From a virus: a stretch of 32,625 bases of DNA. Below, one piece after another: positions 1-7,396 of the stretch. The position numbers and the translations under genes are program-made. Position 1 is the stretch's first letter. Each line of letters opens with the position of its first letter. The notes below the pieces were generated by a model. The model was not told the DNA's origin, searched no databases, and saw only the letters and a program-made list of their open reading frames with translations. The stretch is from positions 1 to 32,625 of the IMG/VR virus record IMGVR_UViG_3300037851_000399. One strand, given 5' to 3'.

Positions 1-127
1 ATACAATTTTGAAATGAAAACTTTAAGATTCCGAAGCGATAACAAGCCGACCGCCGGCCAGCTCGTGGAGATCACCGGTCTGCCTTATATTCCGGTCTAT
101 ATAAAAAGCGAGGAATCGGCGAGCGTG
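1..127. repeat. Terminal direct repeat, copy 1. Identical to 32499..32625, so it is an assembly overlap marking a circular or complete 32,498-bp genome.
   Basis: Bases 1..127 (atacaattttgaaatgaaaac...ggcgagcgtg) recur exactly at 32499..32625. Confidence 0.95.
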
Positions 128-688
128 ACAAAATATGGCGTCAAGGAATTTAAAATCGTGGAGAATAAAATCAAAAGCAAAGGTGGTGCAATTGACCGGG
201 CGCAAGCCGAGCTGGAAACCTACCGCGAGAGCTTGAATGATGGCTCATTTTATACGTTAAAAAAAGGCCTGCGCGCCGGACAAAAAATAAATATCCAAAG
301 TACGAAACGCGGATTGAATAAGGATTTTTATATCAGTCGGCTGTCCATAACGGCGCCAACAAAATCACAATTGAAATACTCGGCGAATTTAATCTCGGCG
401 CCGACTTATGATATAGTTGGATTATTGCAACAGCTCCTCGACCGGACAGAAGTCAATGAATCAAGAGAGGGTGAAATTTTGGAAAAAATCTATAATTTGT
501 ATGAGGATTTGACGATCGATGAGGCGATAGCAATATCCGAGCCGATGGAAGTGGCTGAATCAATTTCTATCAGCGAAAACGTCCGCAAGGATCCGTGGAC
601 ACTGGAATGCGTGCTTGCGCCATATCAGGTGACCGGCGACAGCGACAATAAGCGTGAATTCTTACTCGACCATGGGATATTAAACTAA
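2..688 (+). CDS. C-terminal part of the same tail-tip/baseplate protein (continuation of 31717..32625 across the circular junction).
   Basis: The frame is continuous with 31717. The Met at 14 used by the track is internal (…CLYNFEMKTLRFRSD…). Confidence 0.8.
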   Translation, partial: YNFEMKTLRFRSDNKPTAGQLVEITGLPYIPVYIKSEESASVTKYGVKEFKIVENKIKSKGGAIDRAQAELETYRESLNDGSFYTLKKGLRAGQKINIQSTKRGLNKDFYISRLSITAPTKSQLKYSANLISAPTYDIVGLLQQLLDRTEVNESREGEILEKIYNLYEDLTIDEAIAISEPMEVAESISISENVRKDPWTLECVLAPYQVTGDSDNKREFLLDHGILN

Positions 689-695
689 GAAATTT

Positions 696-1160
696 ATGCA
701 AAAATCAATCAAAAAAATCTTGAGTATCCGCTATAACATCATTGCCACGTGGCGCGACAAGGCCGGCAATATCATAAGGCAAGAAAAAAAGCACAATCTC
801 GTGGCCACCGTAGGCCGGGCCGTGATTGCTCAGCGATTGGCAAACGATACCACCTATACCGGCACGATAAAATATTGCGCGCTTGGGAGTAATACCACGG
901 CGCCAACGTCCGGCGACATTCAGCTGGGGACGGAAACGTTCCGCAAGGCGCCGACGGCTTACGCTGACATAAGCAACAAGGCCTATATTACGGTCTTGTT
1001 CGAGCTCGCCGAGGCCGTAGGAACACACAAGGAATTTGGGACATTTATCGATGGGAGCGCAACGCCGAATTCCGGTCAGCTATTCTCGCACGTGGCCGTC
1101 GATTGGACAAAGGCAAGTGATCAGACGCTCACTATTGATATAATTTACACGATAAACTAA
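696..1160 (+). CDS. Hypothetical tail/baseplate-associated protein (154 aa).
   Basis: Tightly packed ORF between tail genes. No motif recognised. Confidence 0.6.
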   Translation: MQKSIKKILSIRYNIIATWRDKAGNIIRQEKKHNLVATVGRAVIAQRLANDTTYTGTIKYCALGSNTTAPTSGDIQLGTETFRKAPTAYADISNKAYITVLFELAEAVGTHKEFGTFIDGSATPNSGQLFSHVAVDWTKASDQTLTIDIIYTIN

Positions 1161-1170
1161 GGGGAAAAAT

Positions 1171-2667
1171 ATGCTAAAAAATAACTTCGCCGCCGGCGAA
1201 AAATTATACGCGACGGATGTTAACGATATCGTCAACGCGATAATTCAAAACGAACATAATATTTTTGAGTTATATTTGGAAAATTATTTTGATAGCAAAG
1301 CCACGCCATTTAATGGCTTATTTTTTGATGGATTTTCTGATACTGCAAAGAGAAATGGCGCTTCAACAACGCTTGTATCGCAAGCAAGTAGTGGGCAGGC
1401 AGACCTGATAGTTTCTGACGCTTCCGAATTTTTGGAAGATGAGGAGATTGTTATTTATGATGCAACAAACAGAGAGAATAAAGTTATCCAGAGTATCAGT
1501 ATTGGCGGAACGCTCGCCACCTATAACGAAAGTAATGTGGACGGCTTTACTAATATATGGCTTACACGAACGGCAGAAGCTATGAGTTTTAAGCCGACGC
1601 TTTCTGCCGATATGTCTCGCGTAAAACTTTATCTAAAAAAGACAGGGACACCGACACAAAATTGTGTTGTAAAAATATATAGCTCTGGTATTGACCCCGA
1701 AGCTGGGACACTACTTGGAACATCAGATGAGGTTGCCGAAAGTGCCGTTGGGACAAGTGCGTCGCTCATAACTTTTGATTTTTCAACACCAATATCCCTA
1801 ACTTCGGGGAACACATATTATCTTGTATTTCAACAAGTTAGCGGAACGGGCGACGCTTCAAACTATTATCAGGTTGGGCTTGATAGTAGTTCGCCAACAT
1901 ATACAGACGGAAACTCTTGGAGTAAAGAGAGCGGAACTTGGGGAAGCGAAAGCTCGGACTTAGCTTTTTATGTAGAAGCTGATAATGTAATTACACTAAC
2001 AGCCAATCTTTCTAATACTTACGCCATAGGTTCGGCAGTAAAAAGGACAACGGCGAATGTAGATACAGTAAATAAAAAACTTTCAATGCAGACAAGTGGC
2101 GTTGGAAACGATAAAGAGAATGTTTATTATTCAATCCTTATTGAATTCCAGCAAGTAATGGAATCCGCGCGACTATGGGTGACGCGCAATTGGACGGCTC
2201 GATTCAATCTCGCCTCGGCCATAGCGCAGGGCGCGACAACGCTCACAATATCCGGCGATCAGACCACAAAATTCGCCAATGGCGATACGATTGATATTTA
2301 TGACGCCAACAATTTCAATCGGGAGCGTAAGACAATAAGCGGATCCCCATCGTTCGGTGGCGGCGTGACTACAATAACATTTACAAGCGCCATTGCCTTG
2401 GCGACCGGATATGGAACCTCGGCTTATGTGGAGCGCGTAGACGTCGTGCCGACATTATCGGCCGTGGCAAGTGGCGATCCAGAGAGCTTCGGCACGCTGA
2501 CTTATGTGAGATCAACTGTTGACGGCGTAAATAGCGAAGTAGAGGATGAATACGCGCTAACGTTGGGAATTGATGCCCGCGACATGAAAGCCAAGGTGAC
2601 ATTAACAAGGCAAGACGCAACGCTTACGCCATACGCCAAGCGGTTGGGAGTAACATTTAATACCTAA
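1171..2667 (+). CDS. Tail fibre / receptor-binding protein candidate (498 aa).
   Basis: It sits last in the tail module. The N-terminus (LYATDVNDIVNAI) looks like a fibre N-terminus. It contains an internal duplicated motif (EIVIYDATNRENKVIQSIS and TIDIYDANNFNRERKTISGS). Confidence 0.6.
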   Translation: MLKNNFAAGEKLYATDVNDIVNAIIQNEHNIFELYLENYFDSKATPFNGLFFDGFSDTAKRNGASTTLVSQASSGQADLIVSDASEFLEDEEIVIYDATNRENKVIQSISIGGTLATYNESNVDGFTNIWLTRTAEAMSFKPTLSADMSRVKLYLKKTGTPTQNCVVKIYSSGIDPEAGTLLGTSDEVAESAVGTSASLITFDFSTPISLTSGNTYYLVFQQVSGTGDASNYYQVGLDSSSPTYTDGNSWSKESGTWGSESSDLAFYVEADNVITLTANLSNTYAIGSAVKRTTANVDTVNKKLSMQTSGVGNDKENVYYSILIEFQQVMESARLWVTRNWTARFNLASAIAQGATTLTISGDQTTKFANGDTIDIYDANNFNRERKTISGSPSFGGGVTTITFTSAIALATGYGTSAYVERVDVVPTLSAVASGDPESFGTLTYVRSTVDGVNSEVEDEYALTLGIDARDMKAKVTLTRQDATLTPYAKRLGVTFNT

Positions 2668-2670
2668 GAT

Positions 2671-2835
2671 ATGCAAAAAGTAATACGAAATAATGGCCGG
2701 GCTGTGGAATATATGGAATCACTGGACGAAAAAAATCAAAAGAAAAAGCATCGCGGCAAGAAATTTGACGCGCTAACACGGTCGGAAAAAGACGAATTGC
2801 TTGAAGTTTTGGCTAAGCGCGCCGGCCTCATTTGA
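2671..2835 (+). CDS. Small hypothetical protein (54 aa), below the ORF-track size cutoff.
   Basis: Hand translation gives MQKVIRNNGRAVEYMESLDEKNQKKKHRGKKFDALTRSEKDELLEVLAKRAGLI. It starts 4 nt after the previous stop. Confidence 0.4.
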   Translation: MQKVIRNNGRAVEYMESLDEKNQKKKHRGKKFDALTRSEKDELLEVLAKRAGLI

Positions 2836-2906
2836 TATTCAGATGGCCAAACGGCCATAAAAACGAAAAATAGCACCGAATTTTGCGAAATTCGCTGATA
2901 AAAATT

Positions 2907-3140
2907 ATGGATAGCCGAACGGAATCAAAACTCATCGAGGATATCGGATATATAAAAGCCAAGGTTCAGGACATCGAGGCGCACGCAAAGGAAACTAATG
3001 GATCCGTGGCCGCGCTAAAAGGAACCGTACAAAGGCACGAAATAATCCTCGGTAAATTCGGCGCCGGTATTGCGGCGGTAGCTTTCTTTTTATCAATCGC
3101 ATTCAATAAAGTTTGGGATTGGCTTTGGCGTGACAGGTAG
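2907..3140 (+). CDS. Lysis-cassette membrane protein (holin-like, tail-anchored single TM segment).
   Basis: In-frame ATG at 2907 (the track starts at a TTG at 2883). C-terminal hydrophobic segment FGAGIAAVAFFLSIAF. Located upstream of the endolysin. Confidence 0.55.
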   Translation: MDSRTESKLIEDIGYIKAKVQDIEAHAKETNGSVAALKGTVQRHEIILGKFGAGIAAVAFFLSIAFNKVWDWLWRDR

Positions 3141-3166
3141 TAAAATTTTACAATTAAAATAGGCAT

Positions 3167-3331
3167 ATGGATTATAATAAAGAGCTTCTGCTTTTTGTGG
3201 CCACCACGCTCGTGGCATCCGGCGCTACTCAGATCGCGACAAACGTGTGGGTGGGAGCTGGGCTACTTTTGGCCGGGGCTGTAGTATTTGTCGGGCGCGG
3301 ATTTTATAAAAAATTCGTTGATAAAAAGTAA
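3167..3331 (+). CDS. Small membrane protein with two TM segments (holin candidate, 54 aa). Not in the ORF track.
   Basis: Hand translation gives MDYNKELLLFVATTLVASGATQIATNVWVGAGLLLAGAVVFVGRGFYKKFVDKK: two hydrophobic stretches and a basic tail. It lies directly upstream of the M23 gene. Confidence 0.55.
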   Translation: MDYNKELLLFVATTLVASGATQIATNVWVGAGLLLAGAVVFVGRGFYKKFVDKK

Positions 3332-3371
3332 GGGGTATCGTTCCGGCGCCAAGCCGGGACGATTTTTATTT

Positions 3372-4085
3372 ATGAAATTATCAAGACCGCTCGCTTTCTG
3401 CGAGATCACGCAATTGTTCGGTAAAGAATTCTACACACCGGATCATCCGGCCGGATTTTATCATGACTTGGGATTAGCCGGGCATAACGGACTCGATCTC
3501 CGCGCGACAAGCGGACGCGACGTCTTTGCCGCGCACGATGGCACGATAAGCCACGCCAATCACAAGGACACCGGATATGGAATCGAGGTGAGGATATTGG
3601 GCCAAGACGCGGAGCTGGGATTTTACAGCACGATATATTGCCATTTCAAGGAATGCCTCGTTGAGATTGGACAGGAAATAAAACGCGGAGAACGGATTGG
3701 GATATCAGATAATACCGGACTATCCACCGGCCCGCACCTGCACTTCGGATTACGCTTTTTAGAGAATGACAAAATGACACCAAAAAATTTAAGCAATGGA
3801 TATTACGGATGGATTGATCCCACGCCATTCATGGATAAGGACTGGCTGAAACTTCCGATTGACTTGCGATATGGGAATGGCCGGAGCTGGGCAACATATA
3901 TGCAAGAAGTAAAGGCCATGGGGATCCTTGCCGGAATGTTAAAACGCCTACCGACAAGCCAAGAAGTATCGGCATTCGTTTATGGCGGGTGGCGCAATGA
4001 ATTACAGAACTCAGCGATGTGGGAGATTATAAGATTTTTATCAAAAAGCGAATATATGCTCGGCAAAAGGCCATACATTTTTTGA
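3372..4085 (+). CDS. M23 (LytM-type) peptidase, probable endolysin.
   Basis: HNGLDL (HxxxD) and GPHLHFG (HxH) metallopeptidase motifs. The probable start is the ATG at 3372, not the upstream alternative start at 3288 used by the track. Confidence 0.8.
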   Translation: MKLSRPLAFCEITQLFGKEFYTPDHPAGFYHDLGLAGHNGLDLRATSGRDVFAAHDGTISHANHKDTGYGIEVRILGQDAELGFYSTIYCHFKECLVEIGQEIKRGERIGISDNTGLSTGPHLHFGLRFLENDKMTPKNLSNGYYGWIDPTPFMDKDWLKLPIDLRYGNGRSWATYMQEVKAMGILAGMLKRLPTSQEVSAFVYGGWRNELQNSAMWEIIRFLSKSEYMLGKRPYIF

Positions 4086-4086
4086 A

Positions 4087-4181
4087 GTCGTCGTAGCTTA
4101 ACTGGTAAGGCAATCTCCACGCGCGCGCCAGCAGTGGTATTCGTAAGGGGATAGATGCGGGTTCGATTCCCGCCGACGGCT
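4087..4181 (+). tRNA. tRNA-like gene (95 nt) with a 21-nt insertion in the anticodon arm. Tentative anticodon CGU (Thr).
   Basis: Acceptor stem GTCGTCG/CGACGGC. T8, A14 and G18G19 are present. D-stem GCTT/AGGC. T-arm GCGGG-TTCGATT-CCCGC. Anticodon stem TCTCC/GGGGA with candidate loop TTCGTAA, but ACGCGCGCGCCAGCAGTGGTA (4119..4139) sits between the stem and the loop. Confidence 0.55.
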
Positions 4182-4197
4182 ATGCTTCCATACAAAA

Positions 4198-4224
4198 ATA
4201 TCCGGGCATGGCCGGATATTTTTG
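4198..4224 (+). terminator. Rho-independent terminator closing the late/lysis operon.
   Basis: Stem ATATCCGG (4198..4205) / CCGGATAT (4212..4219), a 6-nt loop, then a T-run. Confidence 0.8.
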
Positions 4225-4226
4225 AT

Positions 4227-4255
4227 TTGACAACCGGACAAAAAAATAATAAGAT
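4227..4255 (+). promoter_or_regulatory. Sigma70-type promoter.
   Basis: TTGACA (4227..4232), 17-nt spacer, TAAGAT (4250..4255). Confidence 0.6.
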
Positions 4256-4261
4256 GAGAGC

Positions 4262-4385
4262 GCACCATAGGCGATGAGGAGGCGCAAGTCACCACATCCC
4301 GATGCGTTGCCTTTTGTAGGCCTTCTACCTAACGGCGGATCGGCCAATGCAGAAGCCCGCGAATTCCTCCTTGCGGGTTTTTGTT
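4262..4385 (+). ncRNA. Candidate ~120-nt small RNA bounded by its own promoter and terminator.
   Basis: It lies between the promoter at 4227 and the terminator at 4356..4388. Possible helices are 4266..4275/4339..4349 and the GTAG-GCCTT-CTAC hairpin. The only ORF across it (4274..4465) reads through the terminator and looks non-coding. Confidence 0.4.
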
Positions 4386-4388
4386 TTG
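4356..4388 (+). terminator. Rho-independent terminator.
   Basis: Stem CCCGCGA (4356..4362) / TTGCGGG (4371..4377), followed by TTTTTGTTTTG. Confidence 0.75.
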
Positions 4389-4461
4389 ACAAGAATCGCA
4401 CCACGAATCGCGCGAAAAAGACGAAAAAATGGCCTATTTGTGGCATACTTAGGGACTCGAC

Positions 4462-4490
4462 TTGACTCAAGTCAATAAATGTGCTATAAT
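4462..4490 (+). promoter_or_regulatory. Near-consensus early promoter with an extended -10.
   Basis: TTGACT (4462..4467), 17-nt spacer ending in TGc, TATAAT (4485..4490). The -35 lies inside the inverted repeat TTGACT-ca-AGTCAA. Confidence 0.8.
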
Positions 4491-4493
4491 ATA

Positions 4494-4619
4494 GGGAGTA
4501 ATAAAAACCGAAAGCCGGCTGGGTGCGAATCCCTATAAAAGGCGATGCCATAGGCAAGCCAAGGCCGGCTCCGGAAATTTAATACCTTGCCGCGAACCAA
4601 TAAGCGGCTTGGATGATAT
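4494..4619 (+). promoter_or_regulatory. Long structured 5' leader of the first early gene (riboswitch- or attenuator-like; class not recognised).
   Basis: Possible helices are (A)TAGGGA 4491..4497 / TCCCTAT 4530..4536, GGCAAG 4553..4558 / CTTGCC 4586..4591, and CCAAGGCCG 4559..4567 / CGGCTTGG 4605..4612 next to the start codon. The self-complementary AGCCGGCT (4513..4520) could compete with GGCCGGCT (4563..4570). Confidence 0.4.
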
Positions 4620-4805
4620 ATGGAAAAAGAGGATAAGCTGGTGCTTGCCCATTTGGACGAAATGCACCGCAAAGGAGCCGAGCCGTACAATCTCGGCTGG
4701 GCGCAGGGAGAGGACTTTATCAGCTCCAAGACGGACAAGGGTCGCTTGCATACCAATCTCGACAGACGCGTGGGGGGGAATAAAATCGTCCATCAATGGG
4801 AGTAA
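4620..4805 (+). CDS. Hypothetical early protein (61 aa).
   Basis: ATG ORF with protein-like composition, the first ORF after the early promoter and leader. Confidence 0.5.
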   Translation: MEKEDKLVLAHLDEMHRKGAEPYNLGWAQGEDFISSKTDKGRLHTNLDRRVGGNKIVHQWE

Positions 4806-4812
4806 CGCTAAT

Positions 4813-5115
4813 ATGGCAACGCCAAAACAGATAAAATACATCGCCTACATTTTCACATTCAGGCCGGGCGAGAAGCTCAAAGAATTTAAGAAATGTATTT
4901 GGGATGCCGTAAAGCAGATCGAGCAAGCGGATCCGCACCAAACGGAACGCCTGATTCGCGCCTTGGAGGAGGATAATGTGGCCCGGGTCGAGGCAATATT
5001 TAGAGAATTAAAAATAGCAATCCACACGCCGGAGGAAGTTGATCGGCTCAAGGCCGAGCATCACCGTCGATGCGAGGAGGCAATAGCAAAAAAATATGGA
5101 ATCGAAAGGAGGTGA
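4813..5115 (+). CDS. Hypothetical early protein (100 aa).
   Basis: The ATG at 4813 (MATPKQIKYIAY…) lies 8 nt after the previous stop. The upstream part of the track ORF 4609..5115 is R/S/T-rich and overlaps 4620..4805. Confidence 0.6.
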   Translation: MATPKQIKYIAYIFTFRPGEKLKEFKKCIWDAVKQIEQADPHQTERLIRALEEDNVARVEAIFRELKIAIHTPEEVDRLKAEHHRRCEEAIAKKYGIERR

Positions 5116-5118
5116 AAT

Positions 5119-5457
5119 ATGAACACGGTAAAAGATAGAAAAATCGTCTATTCAATCGCCGCGATTATTTGCTTTCTGATTTTGGGAGCCGGAATCATAA
5201 CCGCGCAATACATGAGGCAAGCGTCCATCGAGCGCCAAAAGCAAATGGAAATAAATCAGGCGAATAGAATAAGGATGGAGCGCGAAATAGACCTCGCGAC
5301 CTGCATGGATGAAGCCGGGTCAGAATATTGGCGCTACATGGAACTGAATGGGACAAAGGATGCCAAGGGTATGATAAGCGCGCCGAATTACCGCTGGAGT
5401 ATCGCGGAGGAAAACAAACAAAGAGATATTGATAATTGCTTCAAAAGATATAAATAA
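5119..5457 (+). CDS. Membrane-anchored hypothetical protein (N-terminal TM segment).
   Basis: Preceded by AGGAGG. Hydrophobic segment IVYSIAAIICFLILGAGIITA. Confidence 0.6.
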   Translation: MNTVKDRKIVYSIAAIICFLILGAGIITAQYMRQASIERQKQMEINQANRIRMEREIDLATCMDEAGSEYWRYMELNGTKDAKGMISAPNYRWSIAEENKQRDIDNCFKRYK

Positions 5458-5463
5458 AAAACT

Positions 5464-5961
5464 ATGAATTTTATCATTTATAATATCGAGGGGAAGAAAG
5501 TAATTGTCTATGATGATCATCTTTATATAGAGGTAAAAGCTGAAAGCCAAAAAGACGACGAACCGACCGCCGATCCGGCACCGGCCAAAAGACATTATAA
5601 GAAGCACGCCAAGACCGGCGCAAAAAGCGCCGTCTTGTCGTCTGTAAAAAAGACCGACACCGCTTTCCGTTTTGGGCCGGAGGCAACGGAAACGTTGATA
5701 AAGGATATCGCCGCCGGCAAAAGCGTCGCGGAACTTGCCGAGAAATATGAAGTATCAAAAACAACGATTTATAATTTCAAACTAAGGCACAAGGCCGAGA
5801 TCGCATCCGCGCAAGGAAATGCTCGCATAGCCGGGGAATTCAAAAGTCAAAAGACATTCATCTGCACGGTCTGCGGATGGAAAGGCCGGCTCGATAAAAA
5901 GTCCGATTGCCCATCATGCAAGGCGGAGAAAACAGATATAAGTGAACTTGAGTCAGAATAA
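5464..5961 (+). CDS. HTH DNA-binding protein with a C-terminal zinc ribbon.
   Basis: KSVAELAEKYEVSKTTIYNF looks like a helix-turn-helix. CTVCGW…CPSCK provides four Cys. Confidence 0.55.
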   Translation: MNFIIYNIEGKKVIVYDDHLYIEVKAESQKDDEPTADPAPAKRHYKKHAKTGAKSAVLSSVKKTDTAFRFGPEATETLIKDIAAGKSVAELAEKYEVSKTTIYNFKLRHKAEIASAQGNARIAGEFKSQKTFICTVCGWKGRLDKKSDCPSCKAEKTDISELESE

Positions 5962-5965
5962 TTTT

Positions 5966-6289
5966 ATGATAAATAAGATACAACAAAAATACGGCGAGCT
6001 GATAATTTCGCCTGCCCATGAAAAATTTATTATAACGATACAGAGTGCCAAGACCAGAGAAATAATTTATGAATGGGAATCGGAATCCGGCGTATTCTGC
6101 TCGGCCGAGCGAATAGACAAAGTCGATAGCGAATCAGCAACGATCGAGGGGAACTGCCAGCATTTCGCATGGGGACATCCGGCTAAGCAAGTATTCGCCT
6201 TGGATCAGCTCCGGCAATTTTTTGCCAAGATGACGCGACAAGAACCGGCATTCCTAAAATTAATTAGGGACTTTTTCAAAAAATCCTAA
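5966..6289 (+). CDS. Hypothetical early protein.
   Basis: The ATG at 5966 follows the previous stop directly (the track uses a GTG at 5942). Confidence 0.5.
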   Translation: MINKIQQKYGELIISPAHEKFIITIQSAKTREIIYEWESESGVFCSAERIDKVDSESATIEGNCQHFAWGHPAKQVFALDQLRQFFAKMTRQEPAFLKLIRDFFKKS

Positions 6290-6296
6290 CTCCAAT

Positions 6297-6485
6297 ATGT
6301 TAAAAAAATGTCCTGTCTGTGGCACGCTTTGCGCGCCACGCGGATGGAAAAACCACATAACGAATAAGGCGGCGGCCGAACTGCGCGCGAACTTCAATCA
6401 CCTGACGCGTAAGGCGCGCACCGGCCCGAACCTCACGCCTCATTATTGCTGGATCATAAAAAATGCCAAGGATTTTGAATATTAA
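6297..6485 (+). CDS. Small Zn-finger-like protein (62 aa).
   Basis: CPVCGTLC…WKNH motif. Confidence 0.45.
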   Translation: MLKKCPVCGTLCAPRGWKNHITNKAAAELRANFNHLTRKARTGPNLTPHYCWIIKNAKDFEY

Positions 6486-6512
6486 ACAAAATCCCAAAAT
6501 CTCATCAGACCT

Positions 6513-6851
6513 ATGCAAAAATACCATGCTTGTATAGATTGCGGTTCAAAATCAGCCAAACTAACGGCCGGCCGATGCGTAAATACCTGCTATCGACGCC
6601 ACCGATACCATGCGGATCCGGAGGTCAGGCGCAAGGCAAAGGAACGTACAATCCGCTGGATGAAAAACAATCCTGAAAAATGGCATAAAATAGTGGCCCG
6701 GGCCGTAGCCAAGTGGACAAAAGAACACCACGAACAGGCAAAGGCAATGTGGCGCGCCGGCTATCGTAAGAGGGCCAAAGATCCGACATACCTACAACGT
6801 GAAAGGGATCGCCAAAGGAGGTACCGCGCCAAAAAGAAACGCCGCCATTAA
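6513..6851 (+). CDS. Small, highly basic Cys-rich protein (112 aa).
   Basis: CIDCGS…CVNTCYRRHRYH, then a K/R-rich helical tail. Confidence 0.5.
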   Translation: MQKYHACIDCGSKSAKLTAGRCVNTCYRRHRYHADPEVRRKAKERTIRWMKNNPEKWHKIVARAVAKWTKEHHEQAKAMWRAGYRKRAKDPTYLQRERDRQRRYRAKKKRRH

Positions 6852-7071
6852 GGTGGTTTTTCTTATCCCCAACATATCCCCAGCCGACACGAATAAGGCC
6901 GTGAAGTTATCCACAATGGGGCTAAGAATCCGCACGAATAGGCGCGGATCAGGCCATTTGACAGAAAACCGTAGGCAAGAGATAATGAAAATACCGTTAA
7001 GCGATTTTTTATCGGAAAACAAGAAAAGCTCAACCTCGGATATCCAAAGCTGAGCTCTTCGGGGCAAAGCC

Positions 7072-7109
7072 AAAAACCCGCCTGCGCTTAACGGTAAAGG
7101 CGGGTTTTT
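7072..7109. terminator. Bidirectional-type rho-independent terminator.
   Basis: AAAAACCCGCC (7072..7082) / GGCGGGTTTTT (7099..7109) with a 16-nt loop. Confidence 0.75.
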
Positions 7110-7363
7110 GTATAACAAAAAATTCCAAGGACGCCGGTCAATCGTGTTTGATCCGGCTTAGATAAAAAAAATCAGACCGAACAGCAATGAATTCAGGGTA
7201 TAGGGGTAGGGAACCTTATACTTCAAAATCCGGGCAACGCCAACCGCCTGCGTCCCGGCCTCTCCCCATGGATTTATTGCTTAACCAGTAGATAAGGGAA
7301 ATTGGAGTTCATCATTTCTTGTACCTCATAATAAGAGGGAGGGGATGGCGGAGGCAAAATCTG

Positions 7364-7396
7364 GGCGTATACACCTCACTGATGGGTGTATACACC
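7364..7396. promoter_or_regulatory. Two 12-bp palindromic operator sites upstream of the RHH gene.
   Basis: GGCGTATACACC (7364..7375) and the perfect palindrome GGTGTATACACC (7385..7396). Centre-to-centre spacing is 21 bp. Confidence 0.65.

Noticed and set aside
3288-3371. Upstream extension of the M23 peptidase ORF overlapping the small two-TM ORF.
   Set aside because: It uses a non-ATG start and overlaps the 3167..3331 membrane-protein ORF. The ATG at 3372 gives a normal M23 N-terminus.
4119-4139. The idea that the tRNA insert is an archaeal-type bulge-helix-bulge intron.
   Set aside because: I tried to draw a 3-nt bulge / 4-bp helix / 3-nt bulge around both junctions. The CCAC/GTGG helix is present, but flanking bulges and outer helices of the required geometry are not. 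The promoters and the M23 lysin also point to a bacterial host.
4276-4288. A 13-nt identity (GAGGAGGCGCAAG) between the candidate sRNA and the methyltransferase gene (10845..10857).
   Set aside because: The match is same-strand identity, not complementarity. Several 13-mer repeats are expected by chance in 32.5 kb.
4274-4465. 63-aa ORF (MRRRKSPHPDALPF…) in the intergenic region after the tRNA.
   Set aside because: It reads straight through a strong intrinsic terminator (4356..4388) and a candidate promoter. It is R/P/G-rich with a non-protein-like composition. The region is better explained as non-coding RNA or regulatory sequence.
4609-4812. N-terminal 68 codons of the 168-aa track ORF 4609..5115.
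   Set aside because: It uses a non-ATG start, is R/S/T-rich, and overlaps the better ORF 4620..4805 in another frame. The ATG at 4813, just after that ORF's stop, is the sensible start.
6799-7053. 84-aa ORF overlapping the end of 6513..6851.
   Set aside because: It overlaps a better gene, has no recognisable motif, and has odd composition. It is noted only as a possible small gene inside the gap discussed in the findings.
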